Part shown: one piece after another, positions 40,100 through 54,487 of the stretch
How the letters are laid out: every line of letters begins with the position of its first letter
Numbering within the stretch: position 1 is the stretch's first letter
Source: Escherichia coli
Lineage (GTDB): Bacteria > Pseudomonadota > Gammaproteobacteria > Enterobacterales > Enterobacteriaceae
NCBI RefSeq assembly: GCF_024298765.1
Contig: NZ_CP101210.1
Direction: 5' to 3' (one strand)
Length of the DNA stretch: 64,000 nucleotides
Program-made: the position numbers and the translations under genes
Notes under the pieces: generated by a model
Database searches by the model: none
The model's input: the letters and a program-made list of their open reading frames with translations, nothing else
What the model was told of the DNA's origin: nothing

Positions 40100-41152
40100 T
40101 TATTCTGTTGGATCAGGAATGCCCAGTGTTGTATTCAGACGTCCACGAGACTTATTAAAGATCTTATTGCCATTTTCACGTCCTGCCCGACGGCGTCGCT
40201 GTTCTTCAGACGGTAACGCGCTTTCTTCGCAGCAAATCTCACTACAACAACCTTTGTATTTTTCCGCACATACTGGACACTGAATAAAAAGCAGGTGGCA
40301 GCCATCATTTTTACAGTTGGTATGGCTGTCGCACGGCGCACCGCACTGGTGGCAATGCGCGATAATCTCATCAGAGATACGTTCGCCCATCCGCTCGTCA
40401 AAAACAAAATTTTTGCCAATAAAACGTACCGGTAAACCCTGCTCGCGCGCCTTGCGGGCGTATTCAATAATTCCGCCCTCGATATGCCAGACTTTATTGA
40501 ATCCGTTATGTTTCATCCAGGCACTGGCCTTTTCACAACGAATGCCGCCGGTGCAGTACATAACGATTTTTTTATCTTTATGTGCCTGCATCATCTCGAC
40601 TGCTTTTGGCAGCTGCTCACGGAAGGTATCTGCCGGAATTTCCAGCGCGTTTTCAAAGTGCCCCACTTCATACTCATAGTGGTTACGCATGTCGATAAAC
40701 AATGCATCGGGATCGTCAAGCATGGCGTTCACTTCCGCCGCTTGCAGATACTCACCCACATTGCTGGCATCAAAGTGAGGATCGTTAATACCGTCGGCAA
40801 CGATACGATCACGGACCTTCATGCGCAGTACCCAGAAGGATTTCCCGTCATCATCCAACGCGATATTCAGGCGTAAGCCCTCTAAAGCCGGGTCGAAGGC
40901 ATAAAGCTGCGCGCGAAATGTTTCAACATTGCTCGCAGGTACGCTGATTTGCGCGTTAATGCCCTCATGCGCCAGATACACTCGCCCAAAAACATCCAGC
41001 GCGGTAAACAGCTGATATAAAGCGTCACGGGTCGCCTTAGGATCGGCGATGTGGAAGTACTTATAAAACGAAATGGTGGTTCGCGGTTCGCTCTCAGCCA
41101 ACATTTTGGCTTTTAACGCGTCGTTGGAAATGCGGTTGTGTAACACTGGCAT
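40100..41152 (-). CDS. trhO: tRNA uridine(34) hydroxylase, rhodanese-domain protein
   Basis: 350 aa from [16 protein letters not shown]; rhodanese CTGGIRCEK and C-terminal Cys cluster; start set by codon arithmetic from the track. Confidence 0.88.
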   Translation of the reverse strand: MPVLHNRISNDALKAKMLAESEPRTTISFYKYFHIADPKATRDALYQLFTALDVFGRVYLAHEGINAQISVPASNVETFRAQLYAFDPALEGLRLNIALDDDGKSFWVLRMKVRDRIVADGINDPHFDASNVGEYLQAAEVNAMLDDPDALFIDMRNHYEYEVGHFENALEIPADTFREQLPKAVEMMQAHKDKKIVMYCTGGIRCEKASAWMKHNGFNKVWHIEGGIIEYARKAREQGLPVRFIGKNFVFDERMGERISDEIIAHCHQCGAPCDSHTNCKNDGCHLLFIQCPVCAEKYKGCCSEICCEESALPSEEQRRRRAGRENGNKIFNKSRGRLNTTLGIPDPTE

Positions 41153-41376
41153 GGTGTACGGTTCCTGCGAGATGGGAAAGTAAAAATCCGCGGCATGATA
41201 TAGCAATTATCGATAATTAACATCCACACATTTTACGCTACATTTGCGCATTAAAAATTATTTGTTATTTACAAGCGCGGCAATTTCGCCCAGTCTTCAG
41301 CCACAAATTTTGGTTGCGGGCGAAAAAATGCGACAATACATACAATTGCCCGAATAGGTTGAAAAACAGGATTGAT

Positions 41377-42297
41377 ATGACGAATCTACCCAAGTTCTCC
41401 ACCGCACTGCTTCATCCGCGTTATTGGTTAACCTGGTTGGGTATTGGCGTACTTTGGTTAGTCGTGCAATTGCCCTACCCGGTTATCTACCGCCTCGGTT
41501 GTGGATTAGGAAAACTTGCGTTACGTTTTATGAAACGACGCGCAAAAATTGTGCATCGCAACCTGGAACTGTGCTTCCCGGAAATGAGCGAACAAGAACG
41601 CCGTAAAATGGTGGTGAAGAATTTCGAATCCGTTGGCATGGGACTGATGGAAACTGGCATGGCGTGGTTCTGGCCGGACCGCAGAATCGCCCGCTGGACG
41701 GAAGTGATCGGCATGGAACACATTCGTGACGTGCAGGCGCAAAAACGCGGCATCCTGTTAGTTGGCATCCATTTTCTGACACTGGAGCTTGGTGCGCGGC
41801 AGTTTGGTATGCAGGAACCGGGGATTGGCGTTTACCGCCCGAACGATAATCCACTGATTGACTGGCTACAAACCTGGGGCCGTTTGCGCTCAAATAAATC
41901 GATGCTCGACCGCAAAGATTTAAAAGGCATGATTAAAGCCCTGAAAAAAGGCGAAGTGGTCTGGTACGCACCGGATCATGATTACGGCCCGCGCTCAAGC
42001 GTTTTCGTCCCGTTGTTTGCCGTTGAGCAGGCTGCGACCACAACCGGAACCTGGATGCTGGCACGGATGTCCGGCGCATGTCTGGTGCCCTTCGTTCCAC
42101 GCCGTAAGCCAGATGGCAAAGGGTATCAGTTGATTATGCTGCCGCCAGAGTGTTCTCCGCCGCTGGATGATGCCGAAACTACCGCCGCGTGGATGAACAA
42201 AGTGGTCGAAAAATGCATCATGATGGCACCAGAGCAGTATATGTGGTTACACCGTCGCTTTAAAACACGCCCGGAAGGCGTTCCTTCACGCTATTAA
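41377..42297 (+). CDS. lpxL: lipid A lauroyl acyltransferase
   Basis: 306 aa from [24 protein letters not shown]; track ORF trimmed. Confidence 0.93.
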
Positions 42298-42304
42298 ATC
42301 TCCC

Positions 42305-42338
42305 ATGCCGGATGCTTCAGAAGGGTATCCGGCATTAC
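42305..42338 (+). terminator. lpxL terminator hairpin
   Basis: ATGCCGGAT...ATCCGGCAT inverted repeat just after the stop. Confidence 0.6.
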
Positions 42339-42468
42339 CACAGCAAATCCCCCTGATTTAGCGATAAAAGCTCTCTGGATTGCGCCCCCTGGAAGTCGGG
42401 CGCATAATTAGTGTGCTTATCTTTTCTTCTTATGTTCACCGCGCCTGGCGCACCAACAGCGGATTGCT

Positions 42469-42654
42469 ATGTCACCCTGTGAAAATGACACCCCTATAAA
42501 CTGGAAACGAAACCTGATCGTCGCCTGGCTAGGCTGTTTTCTTACCGGTGCCGCCTTCAGCCTGGTAATGCCCTTCTTACCCCTCTACGTTGAGCAGCTT
42601 GGCGTTACCGGCCACTCCGCCCTGAATATGTGGTCCGGTATTGTCTTCAGTATA
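42469..42654 (+). pseudogene. mdtG: mdtG 5' fragment (codons 1-62), truncated by the insertion
   Basis: [62 protein letters not shown], then out-of-context MGP-stop; the rest of the MFS protein resumes at ~46958. Confidence 0.85.
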
Positions 42655-42689
42655 ATGGGTCCCTAAACACATCATTTTAGGTATTGAAT

Positions 42690-44219
42690 ATGAGACGGGC
42701 AATCAGCTACATCAGATTTTCAAGTGAACGACAACTAAAAGGGGACTCTGTACGCAGACAATCTAAGCTGGTCACTGACTGGCTTGATAAGAACCCTGAG
42801 TTTTACTTGGATTCATCCTTGAGCTTTAAAGATTTGGGGAAAAGTGCTTTTAGTGGTAAGCACTTGAAAGGTGGCTTAGGTGACTTTTTAACCGCTATCG
42901 AGAAAGGGCTTGTTAAAGCTGGTGATACACTACTAATCGAGAGTTTAGACCGTCTCTCACGTCAGGATATTGATATTGCTTCTGAGCTATTACGTCGTAT
43001 CTTAAGGGCTGGTGTAGATATAGTCACACTGAGCGATGGTGAACATTACACACGAGAAAGTTTAAAAGACCCGTTATCCCTGATTAAAAGCATTCTGATA
43101 ATGCAGCGGGCGCATGAGGAAAGTCTGAGGAAGTCTGAGCGTGTCCAAGCTGCATGGAACCGTAAAAAAGAACTCATCTCCGAAGGTATCAAGGTATCTA
43201 GGCGTTGTCCTGCATGGTTAAGGCTGAATGATGACCGTCGAACATTCACTATCATCCCCGATAAAGTGGAAGTTGTTAAACGAGCATTTGACCTGAGATT
43301 ACAGGGTTTAAGCTTTTGGGCTATCACCAGAACTTTAAACGATGAAGGCCACTTGTCATTGAATCAATACACACCTAAACAAAAGGGATGGTCTGATACT
43401 GCTGTAAAGAAACTACTCAGAAATCGTGCTGTGATTGGATGTTTCACACCTGCTGGACGTGAAGAAGTTCAGGGTTACTACCCCGCAATAATCAGTGAGT
43501 CACTATTCTATCGAGTACAGCAACTGAACACAGGGCAATATGGTAGGGCTTCTGTATCAAGTAATCCGCTATCAGTCAACTTGTTCAGGGGTATCATCAA
43601 ATGTTCTGAGTGTGGGGCTACTATTGTTCTTGGTGGATATGCCTTAAAACGTTTTGGGATGTACAGATGCCCTAATCGTTCAGCTAACAGGTGTAGTGCA
43701 AAGGCTATCAGTCGTAAGCAAACGGATACAACTATCCTTTACATGCTCGCATTATGCGACCGTTTTGAAACTGAAAATACTGACACTATTGATAGCCTTA
43801 AATTACAGCGTGAAGATTTGCAGCGTAAAATCTCAAAAATGGCAGAACTCGCTATTGAACTCGATGACATGACAATTATCACAGAGAAATTACGTGATAT
43901 GAAGAATGCGCTATCAAAACTCAATCATGATATCGAAGAGGAAACAAAGCGGATAAAGGCCATCACAACTGGAAGCCTCAAAGATATTGACAGGACAACA
44001 AAGGAAGGGATGATAGAGACACAGCTACTTATCAAGGGCGTACTCAAAGAAATAGTTATAGATGCCGCTAAACGTCGCTGTAAAGTGACTTTTCACAACG
44101 GTAAGGTAATTGACCTACCTATAACAGAAAACCCCTCAGAGGACGTTACAGAGGCCATACAGTCGCTTTCTGAAGTCACTGAGAGGGGTTTAATAGATGT
44201 TGATGTAGTAGCGATTTAG
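42690..44219 (+). CDS. large serine recombinase (integrase)
   Basis: 509 aa from ATG 42690 (track begins 6 nt earlier at TTG): N-terminal resolvase domain with catalytic YIRFSSERQ, recombinase domain, Cys-rich zinc ribbon CSECG...CPNRSANRC, C-terminal coiled coil. Confidence 0.88.
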   Translation: MRRAISYIRFSSERQLKGDSVRRQSKLVTDWLDKNPEFYLDSSLSFKDLGKSAFSGKHLKGGLGDFLTAIEKGLVKAGDTLLIESLDRLSRQDIDIASELLRRILRAGVDIVTLSDGEHYTRESLKDPLSLIKSILIMQRAHEESLRKSERVQAAWNRKKELISEGIKVSRRCPAWLRLNDDRRTFTIIPDKVEVVKRAFDLRLQGLSFWAITRTLNDEGHLSLNQYTPKQKGWSDTAVKKLLRNRAVIGCFTPAGREEVQGYYPAIISESLFYRVQQLNTGQYGRASVSSNPLSVNLFRGIIKCSECGATIVLGGYALKRFGMYRCPNRSANRCSAKAISRKQTDTTILYMLALCDRFETENTDTIDSLKLQREDLQRKISKMAELAIELDDMTIITEKLRDMKNALSKLNHDIEEETKRIKAITTGSLKDIDRTTKEGMIETQLLIKGVLKEIVIDAAKRRCKVTFHNGKVIDLPITENPSEDVTEAIQSLSEVTERGLIDVDVVAI

Positions 44220-45380
44220 TATCTCTTATTAGGATTCACTGAGTACTTTTTAAGCTTTGAAGCTACCCGACCAGCGTTACTGTTAGCATTGGTGAGGTTG
44301 GTTTTTTCAGCTTCTTCACAAAAAAGCTTCAGAGGTCTTCTTAACCATCCGCTAAGCAGGAGAGAGGGTGGTACATGAGAAAGAACCCTCACTTCTAAAA
44401 AGATTTTTTAGCTATTTTGCTTAAAACCATATCAAAAGATACATTTTATTGATTCAGGTCAAAGACAAAAGCATTGACAAAATGGTAAAATTGTTCACAT
44501 GACCTTACTTAACAGACTTTTTAAGAGCTTTTGAGAAGCTTGTTGAACAGACACTCTTTCTGGAGTGTTGTCTTTTACTTAAGAGGTTTGTTTAGATAAC
44601 TCTCAAGGCATCTCTTAAGAATCACTGTTAAGGTGATACTCTCCCTTCGGGTTATATCGTATCTCTTCTCCCGTTAGACAGTTTTTCCTAGCAACTTCAT
44701 AGTTATCTGTCAAGTGCCTTTGAAGATTCCATCAAGACCTCTGAATCTGACCTGATATAGATGCTGTGAAGGCATATTCTCTAGGTCTGTGTAGCTTACT
44801 TAGTGGGAAGAGAGGGATATAGTGACCATAGGGGAACCCCTCCTGTTAAAAAGACTACTTAGAAGTCTGAGACTTTAGTAAAATCTGTGAATATAGCTTC
44901 TCAGACGCTCTGTAACGCATTCTAAGCGATTTTACCACCTTATTTTAAGGTGGGTGGTACATCCCTATAGGTTACCCTAAAAATGGGGTTAAAACTCGCT
45001 ACAGAGCTTTCTATGAGGCTTGGTAGAGTTGCATAAATTTTACACAACACTTATTCAGCTTCTAAATTTTTTTATAAAAAATCGTAGTAACCCCTCTACA
45101 TTCCCCTTCACCGATAATCTTCAAAAATATCTATCACAGGTCTATACCTGCTAAGTACCCGTCACTACGCCTAAGTGGTCCCCTTTGCAAAATTTTAAAA
45201 TATCTATTGACTTTTTATGTGAACTGTTATAAAGACCGCTCCATCTCTTAGGCATACCGTTATAGCATACTAAAAAGGTATAGCTAACCCCCTGTAAAAA
45301 CCATACCGATTAGCCTTGTAAAACACTTTATCGGTACATTATACTCAACTCATCAAATGAGTAAGGCAAATGAGTATATT

Positions 45381-45926
45381 ATGGCTAACATTGGTTATAT
45401 CCGAGTTTCATCAATCCAGCAGATTACAGACCGTCAACTTGAAGGGGTCGTACTGGATAAGATATTTACTGATAAAGCATCTGGGAAGAATACAGACCGT
45501 CCACAACTAAAGGCTATGCTCGATTATGTTCGTGAAGGTGATGTTATCCATGTACACGACTTGTCACGTTTAGGGCGCTCTACCGTGGATGTATTAACGC
45601 TGGTGGATAAACTTTCACAGAAAGGTATCAAGGTTCACTTTCACAAAGAAGGTCTGATAACTGGTGACGATAACCCCACGTCTAAGATGATTCTCACAAT
45701 CTTTTCAGCAGTGGCTGAAGCTGAACGTAAAATGATGCTTGAGCGTCAACGAGAAGGCTATGAAGCTGCTAAAGCTGCTGGTCGTGTAGTTGGAAGGGGT
45801 AACGGTAAAGCGGTTGACAGAGAAGGTATTAAAGCTGCTCTTGCTGCTGGTGGTTCAATCGCTAAAGTAGCCGCTCAATTCAACGTTGCCAAGTCAACTG
45901 TACAGCGTATTAAAGCTGAAGATTAA
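45381..45926 (+). CDS. small serine recombinase, resolvase/invertase family
   Basis: ~181 aa from MANIGYIRVSS (catalytic Ser), IFTDKASG, LSRLGRS, SAVAEAERK, C-terminal HTH; the track ORF starts 8 codons earlier at 45357. Confidence 0.85.
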   Translation: MANIGYIRVSSIQQITDRQLEGVVLDKIFTDKASGKNTDRPQLKAMLDYVREGDVIHVHDLSRLGRSTVDVLTLVDKLSQKGIKVHFHKEGLITGDDNPTSKMILTIFSAVAEAERKMMLERQREGYEAAKAAGRVVGRGNGKAVDREGIKAALAAGGSIAKVAAQFNVAKSTVQRIKAED

Positions 45927-45939
45927 GTCAGGAAATACA

Positions 45940-46623
45940 TTAGATTTTTCTTCCAAATAAACTTGGGAGATTCTTACGGTTTCTTGCTTGCATCATTATT
46001 TCTGGGCTAACAAGTTTTTTTAATTCGCTTCTGTACTCATCAATAGAACACTCATCCGCAACAAGTTTTGAAATCAGGTCTTCAATAGACATAACATCTT
46101 GTTGCAGGAAATCAAGTTCACGAGACAAGTGCTTTTTTTGATTCTCTAACTTTCCTATCTCAGCATTTAAGTTATCTACATCTGTCGCCAATTTCTCTGC
46201 CTGAGATTTCAAATTACTTGTATCTTCTTTTTCTCTTTCGATAAGGTTTTTTTGTTTCTCAATCTTCAACTTTGACGTCAGTCTAGCTGACTCTTCAAGA
46301 TTTTCAGCTTCTACTTTTTGTCTTGCTCGCCATGCGGTTGCCTTGATTTGAAGTAGTGTTACAAGGTTGCTGAAGTAAGGGAAAAAGGTCGCCAAAATGA
46401 ACCCTAGCCCTACGGGATAGCATAATGTTTTTAGATAGAAGTCTTCCGTCGATGTGATTTGTTGAATACGAGTAACAACCGAAGCCTCACTAAGACACAT
46501 GATAGCAATGCTTTTCCAGTTAAATCCCACCCATGACAAAATGATGTAGCCCCATAAAGGGTTAGCTACTCGTTCCTTCAACGCCTGCTTAACTGATTCC
46601 GTGATACTTTCTTCACTACTCAC
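45940..46623 (-). CDS. hypothetical membrane-anchored coiled-coil protein (227 aa)
   Basis: Two N-terminal hydrophobic helices (PLWGYIILSWVGFNW..., VGLGFILATFFPYFSNLVTLL), then ~120 aa of charged heptad-like sequence; no family recognised. Confidence 0.65.
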   Translation of the reverse strand: MSSEESITESVKQALKERVANPLWGYIILSWVGFNWKSIAIMCLSEASVVTRIQQITSTEDFYLKTLCYPVGLGFILATFFPYFSNLVTLLQIKATAWRARQKVEAENLEESARLTSKLKIEKQKNLIEREKEDTSNLKSQAEKLATDVDNLNAEIGKLENQKKHLSRELDFLQQDVMSIEDLISKLVADECSIDEYRSELKKLVSPEIMMQARNRKNLPSLFGRKI

Positions 46624-46957
46624 AATTACTGCTCCATAGAAAACTCTGGTTTGAGAAATTTTAATGCGAATCCAATCAGTTAGATAGACCTGTAAATAGC
46701 AATTTTATAGAAGTCGAGAGAGGGATGACTAACACCCTGCATAGTTTCCTGAAAAGAGACTTCGCATATTATCTATATATTTCAATAAGTTATGCTAAAA
46801 AGGAACTATACCAATACTGCATAGATTCTGCGTAAAACTGCTTGGATACTTGGAAATCCACCATTAAATTGCATAGTCATTCACCTGATAAAGCCTGTTA
46901 TTAACAGGTGATAGGATTCGGATGTTCTCATAGTGTATTTAGGGAATTAATATCAGC

Positions 46958-48001
46958 ATTACATTTTTATTTTCGGCCATCGCCTCACCGTTTTGGGGTG
47001 GACTCGCCGACCGTAAAGGCCGAAAACTCATGCTATTACGCTCTGCCCTCGGCATGGGCATCGTGATGGTGTTGATGGGACTGGCACAAAATATCTGGCA
47101 GTTTTTGATCCTGCGGGCGCTTCTTGGGTTACTTGGCGGATTTGTCCCCAACGCTAATGCTCTTATCGCCACACAAGTACCGCGTAATAAAAGCGGCTGG
47201 GCGCTGGGTACGCTCTCCACAGGCGGCGTTAGTGGTGCGTTGCTCGGCCCAATGGCTGGCGGCCTGCTCGCCGATAGCTACGGCTTACGTCCGGTATTCT
47301 TTATTACCGCCAGTGTGCTCATACTCTGCTTTTTCGTCACCCTGTTCTGCATCAGAGAAAAATTCCAGCCGGTCAGCAAAAAAGAGATGCTGCACATGCG
47401 GGAAGTGGTGACATCACTTAAAAACCCGAAACTGGTACTCAGCCTGTTTGTCACCACGTTAATCATCCAGGTGGCGACAGGCTCAATTGCCCCCATTCTG
47501 ACGCTGTATGTCCGCGAACTGGCGGGTAACGTCAGTAACGTCGCCTTTATCAGTGGCATGATCGCCTCGGTGCCAGGCGTGGCGGCTCTGCTAAGCGCAC
47601 CACGACTCGGCAAACTTGGCGATCGAATCGGACCCGAAAAGATCCTGATTACAGCGCTGATCTTTTCTGTACTGCTGTTGATCCCAATGTCTTACGTTCA
47701 GACGCCATTGCAACTTGGGATTTTACGTTTTTTGCTCGGTGCCGCCGATGGTGCACTACTCCCCGCCGTACAGACACTGTTGGTTTACAACTCGAGCAAC
47801 CAGATCGCCGGGCGTATCTTCAGCTATAACCAATCGTTTCGTGATATTGGCAACGTTACCGGACCATTGATGGGAGCAGCGATTTCAGCGAACTACGGTT
47901 TCAGAGCGGTATTTCTCGTCACCGCTGGCGTCGTGTTATTCAACGCAGTCTATTCATGGAACAGTCTACGTCGTCGTCGAATACCCCAGGTATCGAACTG
48001 A
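46958..48001 (+). pseudogene. mdtG: mdtG 3' fragment (codons ~63-408), separated from its start
   Basis: Frame resumes ...[35 protein letters not shown]... to the native stop; the track shows only the internal-Met ORF 47030-48001. Confidence 0.85.
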
Positions 48002-48083
48002 TTTTTCGCCTTTCATACTTGCAAAAGCGGAGAATCAGCTATCCTTTTCCCTGAAACCTCATCAACTCAAAGGGAGAATCGTG

Positions 48084-48458
48084 ATGACCATGTACGCAAC
48101 GCTTGAAGAAGCCATTGACGCTGCACGCGAAGAATTTCTTGCAGACAACCCCGGCATCGACGCCGAAGATGCGAATGTGCAACAGTTCAATGCCCAAAAA
48201 TACGTTTTGCAGGACGGCGACATCATGTGGCAAGTTGAGTTTTTTGCCGACGAAGGGGAAGAAGGTGAATGTTTACCTATGCTTAGCGGTGAAGCCGCGC
48301 AAAGTGTTTTTGATGGCGACTATGATGAGATAGAGATACGCCAGGAGTGGCAGGAAGAGAATACATTACATGAATGGGACGAGGGGGAATTTCAGCTTGA
48401 GCCACCGCTGGATACCGAGGAAGGACGCGCAGCAGCTGATGAGTGGGATGAACGTTAA
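48084..48458 (+). CDS. msyB: acidic protein MsyB
   Basis: 124 aa, highly acidic, MTMYATLEEAIDAAREEFLADNPG. Confidence 0.9.
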   Translation: MTMYATLEEAIDAAREEFLADNPGIDAEDANVQQFNAQKYVLQDGDIMWQVEFFADEGEEGECLPMLSGEAAQSVFDGDYDEIEIRQEWQEENTLHEWDEGEFQLEPPLDTEEGRAAADEWDER

Positions 48459-48686
48459 TCACTCATACGGGCCATGATGAATGTCGATCGGCAGCAGTAA
48501 AGTATCGAAAACCAGGGAGAATGGCAGATCAAGGATCGTGACGTAACGCCAGGCGGAGTCACGCACGTCCCATTGCACACCGGGATAATATTGGTTGCCA
48601 TGCCCCTGCCCCGGTATAGTGCGACTAATGATGCTGCCACAGCCACTCAGCAAGGTCACCATTATGCTCATCACAATTAAACGCAT
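48459..48686 (-). CDS. yceK: lipoprotein YceK
   Basis: 75 aa with lipobox LLSGC. Confidence 0.85.
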   Translation of the reverse strand: MRLIVMSIMVTLLSGCGSIISRTIPGQGHGNQYYPGVQWDVRDSAWRYVTILDLPFSLVFDTLLLPIDIHHGPYE

Positions 48687-48748
48687 TTGATACCTCTTCC
48701 GTAAAAAATACCGGCATAACGCCGGTATTTTTATTGGCTCGTTGTTTT

Positions 48749-48857
48749 TGCCGGATGCGGCGTGAACGCTTTACCCGACCTACAAAATCTTGCAAAATCA
48801 ATAAATTGCAGGAACGATGTAGGCCTGATAAGCGTAGCGCATCAGGCAACTACGTTT

Positions 48858-48885
<28 letters not shown>
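48749..48885. repeat. BIME/RIP element: REP - IHF-site-like motif - REP
   Basis: GCCGGATGCGGCGTGAACGC..., central AAATCAATAAATTG, GCCTGATAAGCGTAGCGCATCAGGC, and a final REP overlapping the last codons of opgH. Confidence 0.75.
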
Positions 48886-53040
<4,155 letters not shown>

Positions 53041-53322
53041 TCAGCACACTGGCTCATGGATTAAGCACCTGATTGCAACCGTTTTCACTTTCCGTGCTTC
53101 TCCTAAAGACAGAAGCATCGACTTCGTGTAGGGTTTGCCAGCAAATTTATTTATCAACCGTCTTACAGACGCTTCCATTCTGGTTAGTGGTAGCGATGAT
53201 GCTATGCATAAAAACCTTGAAGCCTGCGCCTGGCGCGGTCAGGTCGGTGTCGCTATGGCAACAAGCCTAAAGGCATAACCCGACAGGGATAAGACGAAAA
53301 ATCCGAGATTAGTTAACCATAT

Positions 53323-54480
53323 ATGAATCCAGTACCCGCGCAACGTGAATATTTCCTCGACTCCATCCGCGCCTGGCTGATGTTGTTAGGGATCCCTTTT
53401 CATATTTCTTTAATCTATTCGAGCCATACATGGCATGTGAATAGCGCCGAACCGTCATTGTGGCTGACCCTTTTTAATGACTTCATCCACTCGTTCCGCA
53501 TGCAGGTATTTTTCGTTATATCCGGGTACTTTTCCTACATGCTTTTTTTACGCTATCCCTTGAAAAAATGGTGGAAAGTACGTGTCGAACGTGTAGGTAT
53601 CCCGATGTTAACAGCCATCCCCCTACTGACATTACCGCAATTTATTATGCTGCAATACGTCAAAGGGAAAGCGGAAAGTTGGCCTGGGCTATCATTGTAT
53701 GACAAATATAATACGTTGGCCTGGGAATTAATATCACACCTGTGGTTTTTACTGGTGTTAGTAGTCATGACGACGCTGTGCGTATGGATATTTAAGCGCA
53801 TCAGAAATAATTTAGAAAATTCTGATAAAACGAATAAAAAATTCTCGATGGTAAAACTATCGGTGATTTTTTTGTGCCTCGGCATCGGTTATGCGGTAAT
53901 AAGAAGAACGATTTTTATTGTGTATCCGCCCATTCTGAGTAATGGCATGTTCAATTTTATTGTCATGCAAACGCTATTTTATTTGCCGTTCTTTATCCTC
54001 GGCGCACTGGCTTTCATTTTCCCTCATCTTAAAGCCTTGTTTACCACGCCGTCTCGTGGCTGTACCCTTGCAGCAGCATTGGCATTTGTCGCTTATTTAC
54101 TCAACCAGCGCTATGGCAGTGGCGATGCCTGGATGTACGAAACCGAGTCGGTGATCACCATGGTCCTCGGTCTGTGGATGGTGAATGTGGTCTTCTCCTT
54201 TGGCCACCGTTTGCTTAACTTCCAGTCAGCGCGGGTGACTTATTTTGTTAACGCATCGCTGTTTATCTATCTGGTTCACCACCCGTTAACGCTGTTTTTC
54301 GGCGCATACATTACACCACACATCACCTCCAACTGGCTTGGTTTTCTCTGTGGCCTGATATTCGTAGTAGGGATTGCGATAATTCTGTATGAAATTCATT
54401 TACGCATCCCATTATTGAAGTTTTTGTTCTCTGGTAAACCGGTTGTTAAGCGTGAGAACGATAAAGCACCAGCCCGTTAA
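53323..54480 (+). CDS. opgC: OPG succinyltransferase (acyltransferase-3 family)
   Basis: 385 aa polytopic membrane protein, divergent from opgGH. Confidence 0.9.
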   Translation: MNPVPAQREYFLDSIRAWLMLLGIPFHISLIYSSHTWHVNSAEPSLWLTLFNDFIHSFRMQVFFVISGYFSYMLFLRYPLKKWWKVRVERVGIPMLTAIPLLTLPQFIMLQYVKGKAESWPGLSLYDKYNTLAWELISHLWFLLVLVVMTTLCVWIFKRIRNNLENSDKTNKKFSMVKLSVIFLCLGIGYAVIRRTIFIVYPPILSNGMFNFIVMQTLFYLPFFILGALAFIFPHLKALFTTPSRGCTLAAALAFVAYLLNQRYGSGDAWMYETESVITMVLGLWMVNVVFSFGHRLLNFQSARVTYFVNASLFIYLVHHPLTLFFGAYITPHITSNWLGFLCGLIFVVGIAIILYEIHLRIPLLKFLFSGKPVVKRENDKAPAR

Positions 54481-54487
54481 GCCACGC

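Larger units (their letters stand above)
42655..46957 (+). mobile_element. ~4.3-kb integrative element in mdtG: large serine recombinase + ORF-poor segment + small serine recombinase + membrane coiled-coil protein
   Basis: Precise gene interruption with imperfect 7-bp direct repeats at the junctions (TCAGTAT / TCAGCAT); recombinase gene abuts the left junction; AT-rich relative to flanks; fragments sum to 408 aa. Confidence 0.8.

Noticed and set aside
42469-42666. 65-aa ORF as a stand-alone small gene
   Set aside because: It is the first 62 codons of mdtG followed by 3 codons of element sequence: a truncation product, not a gene
44220-45356. CRISPR array or tRNA gene in the ORF-free segment
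   Set aside because: No regularly spaced direct repeats of 25-40 bp, and no cloverleaf-compatible sequence with a GTTCRANYC T-loop found by eye
42655-46957. Element as a prophage, ICE or composite transposon
   Set aside because: Too small, with no capsid, tail, terminase, replication, relaxase or transposase (DDE) genes and no terminal inverted repeats seen
47124-47411. 95-aa ORF on the plus strand
   Set aside because: Alternate frame inside the mdtG 3' fragment
53073-53270. 65-aa ORF in the opgG-opgC divergent promoter region
   Set aside because: No convincing RBS; lies in a known regulatory spacer; likely spurious
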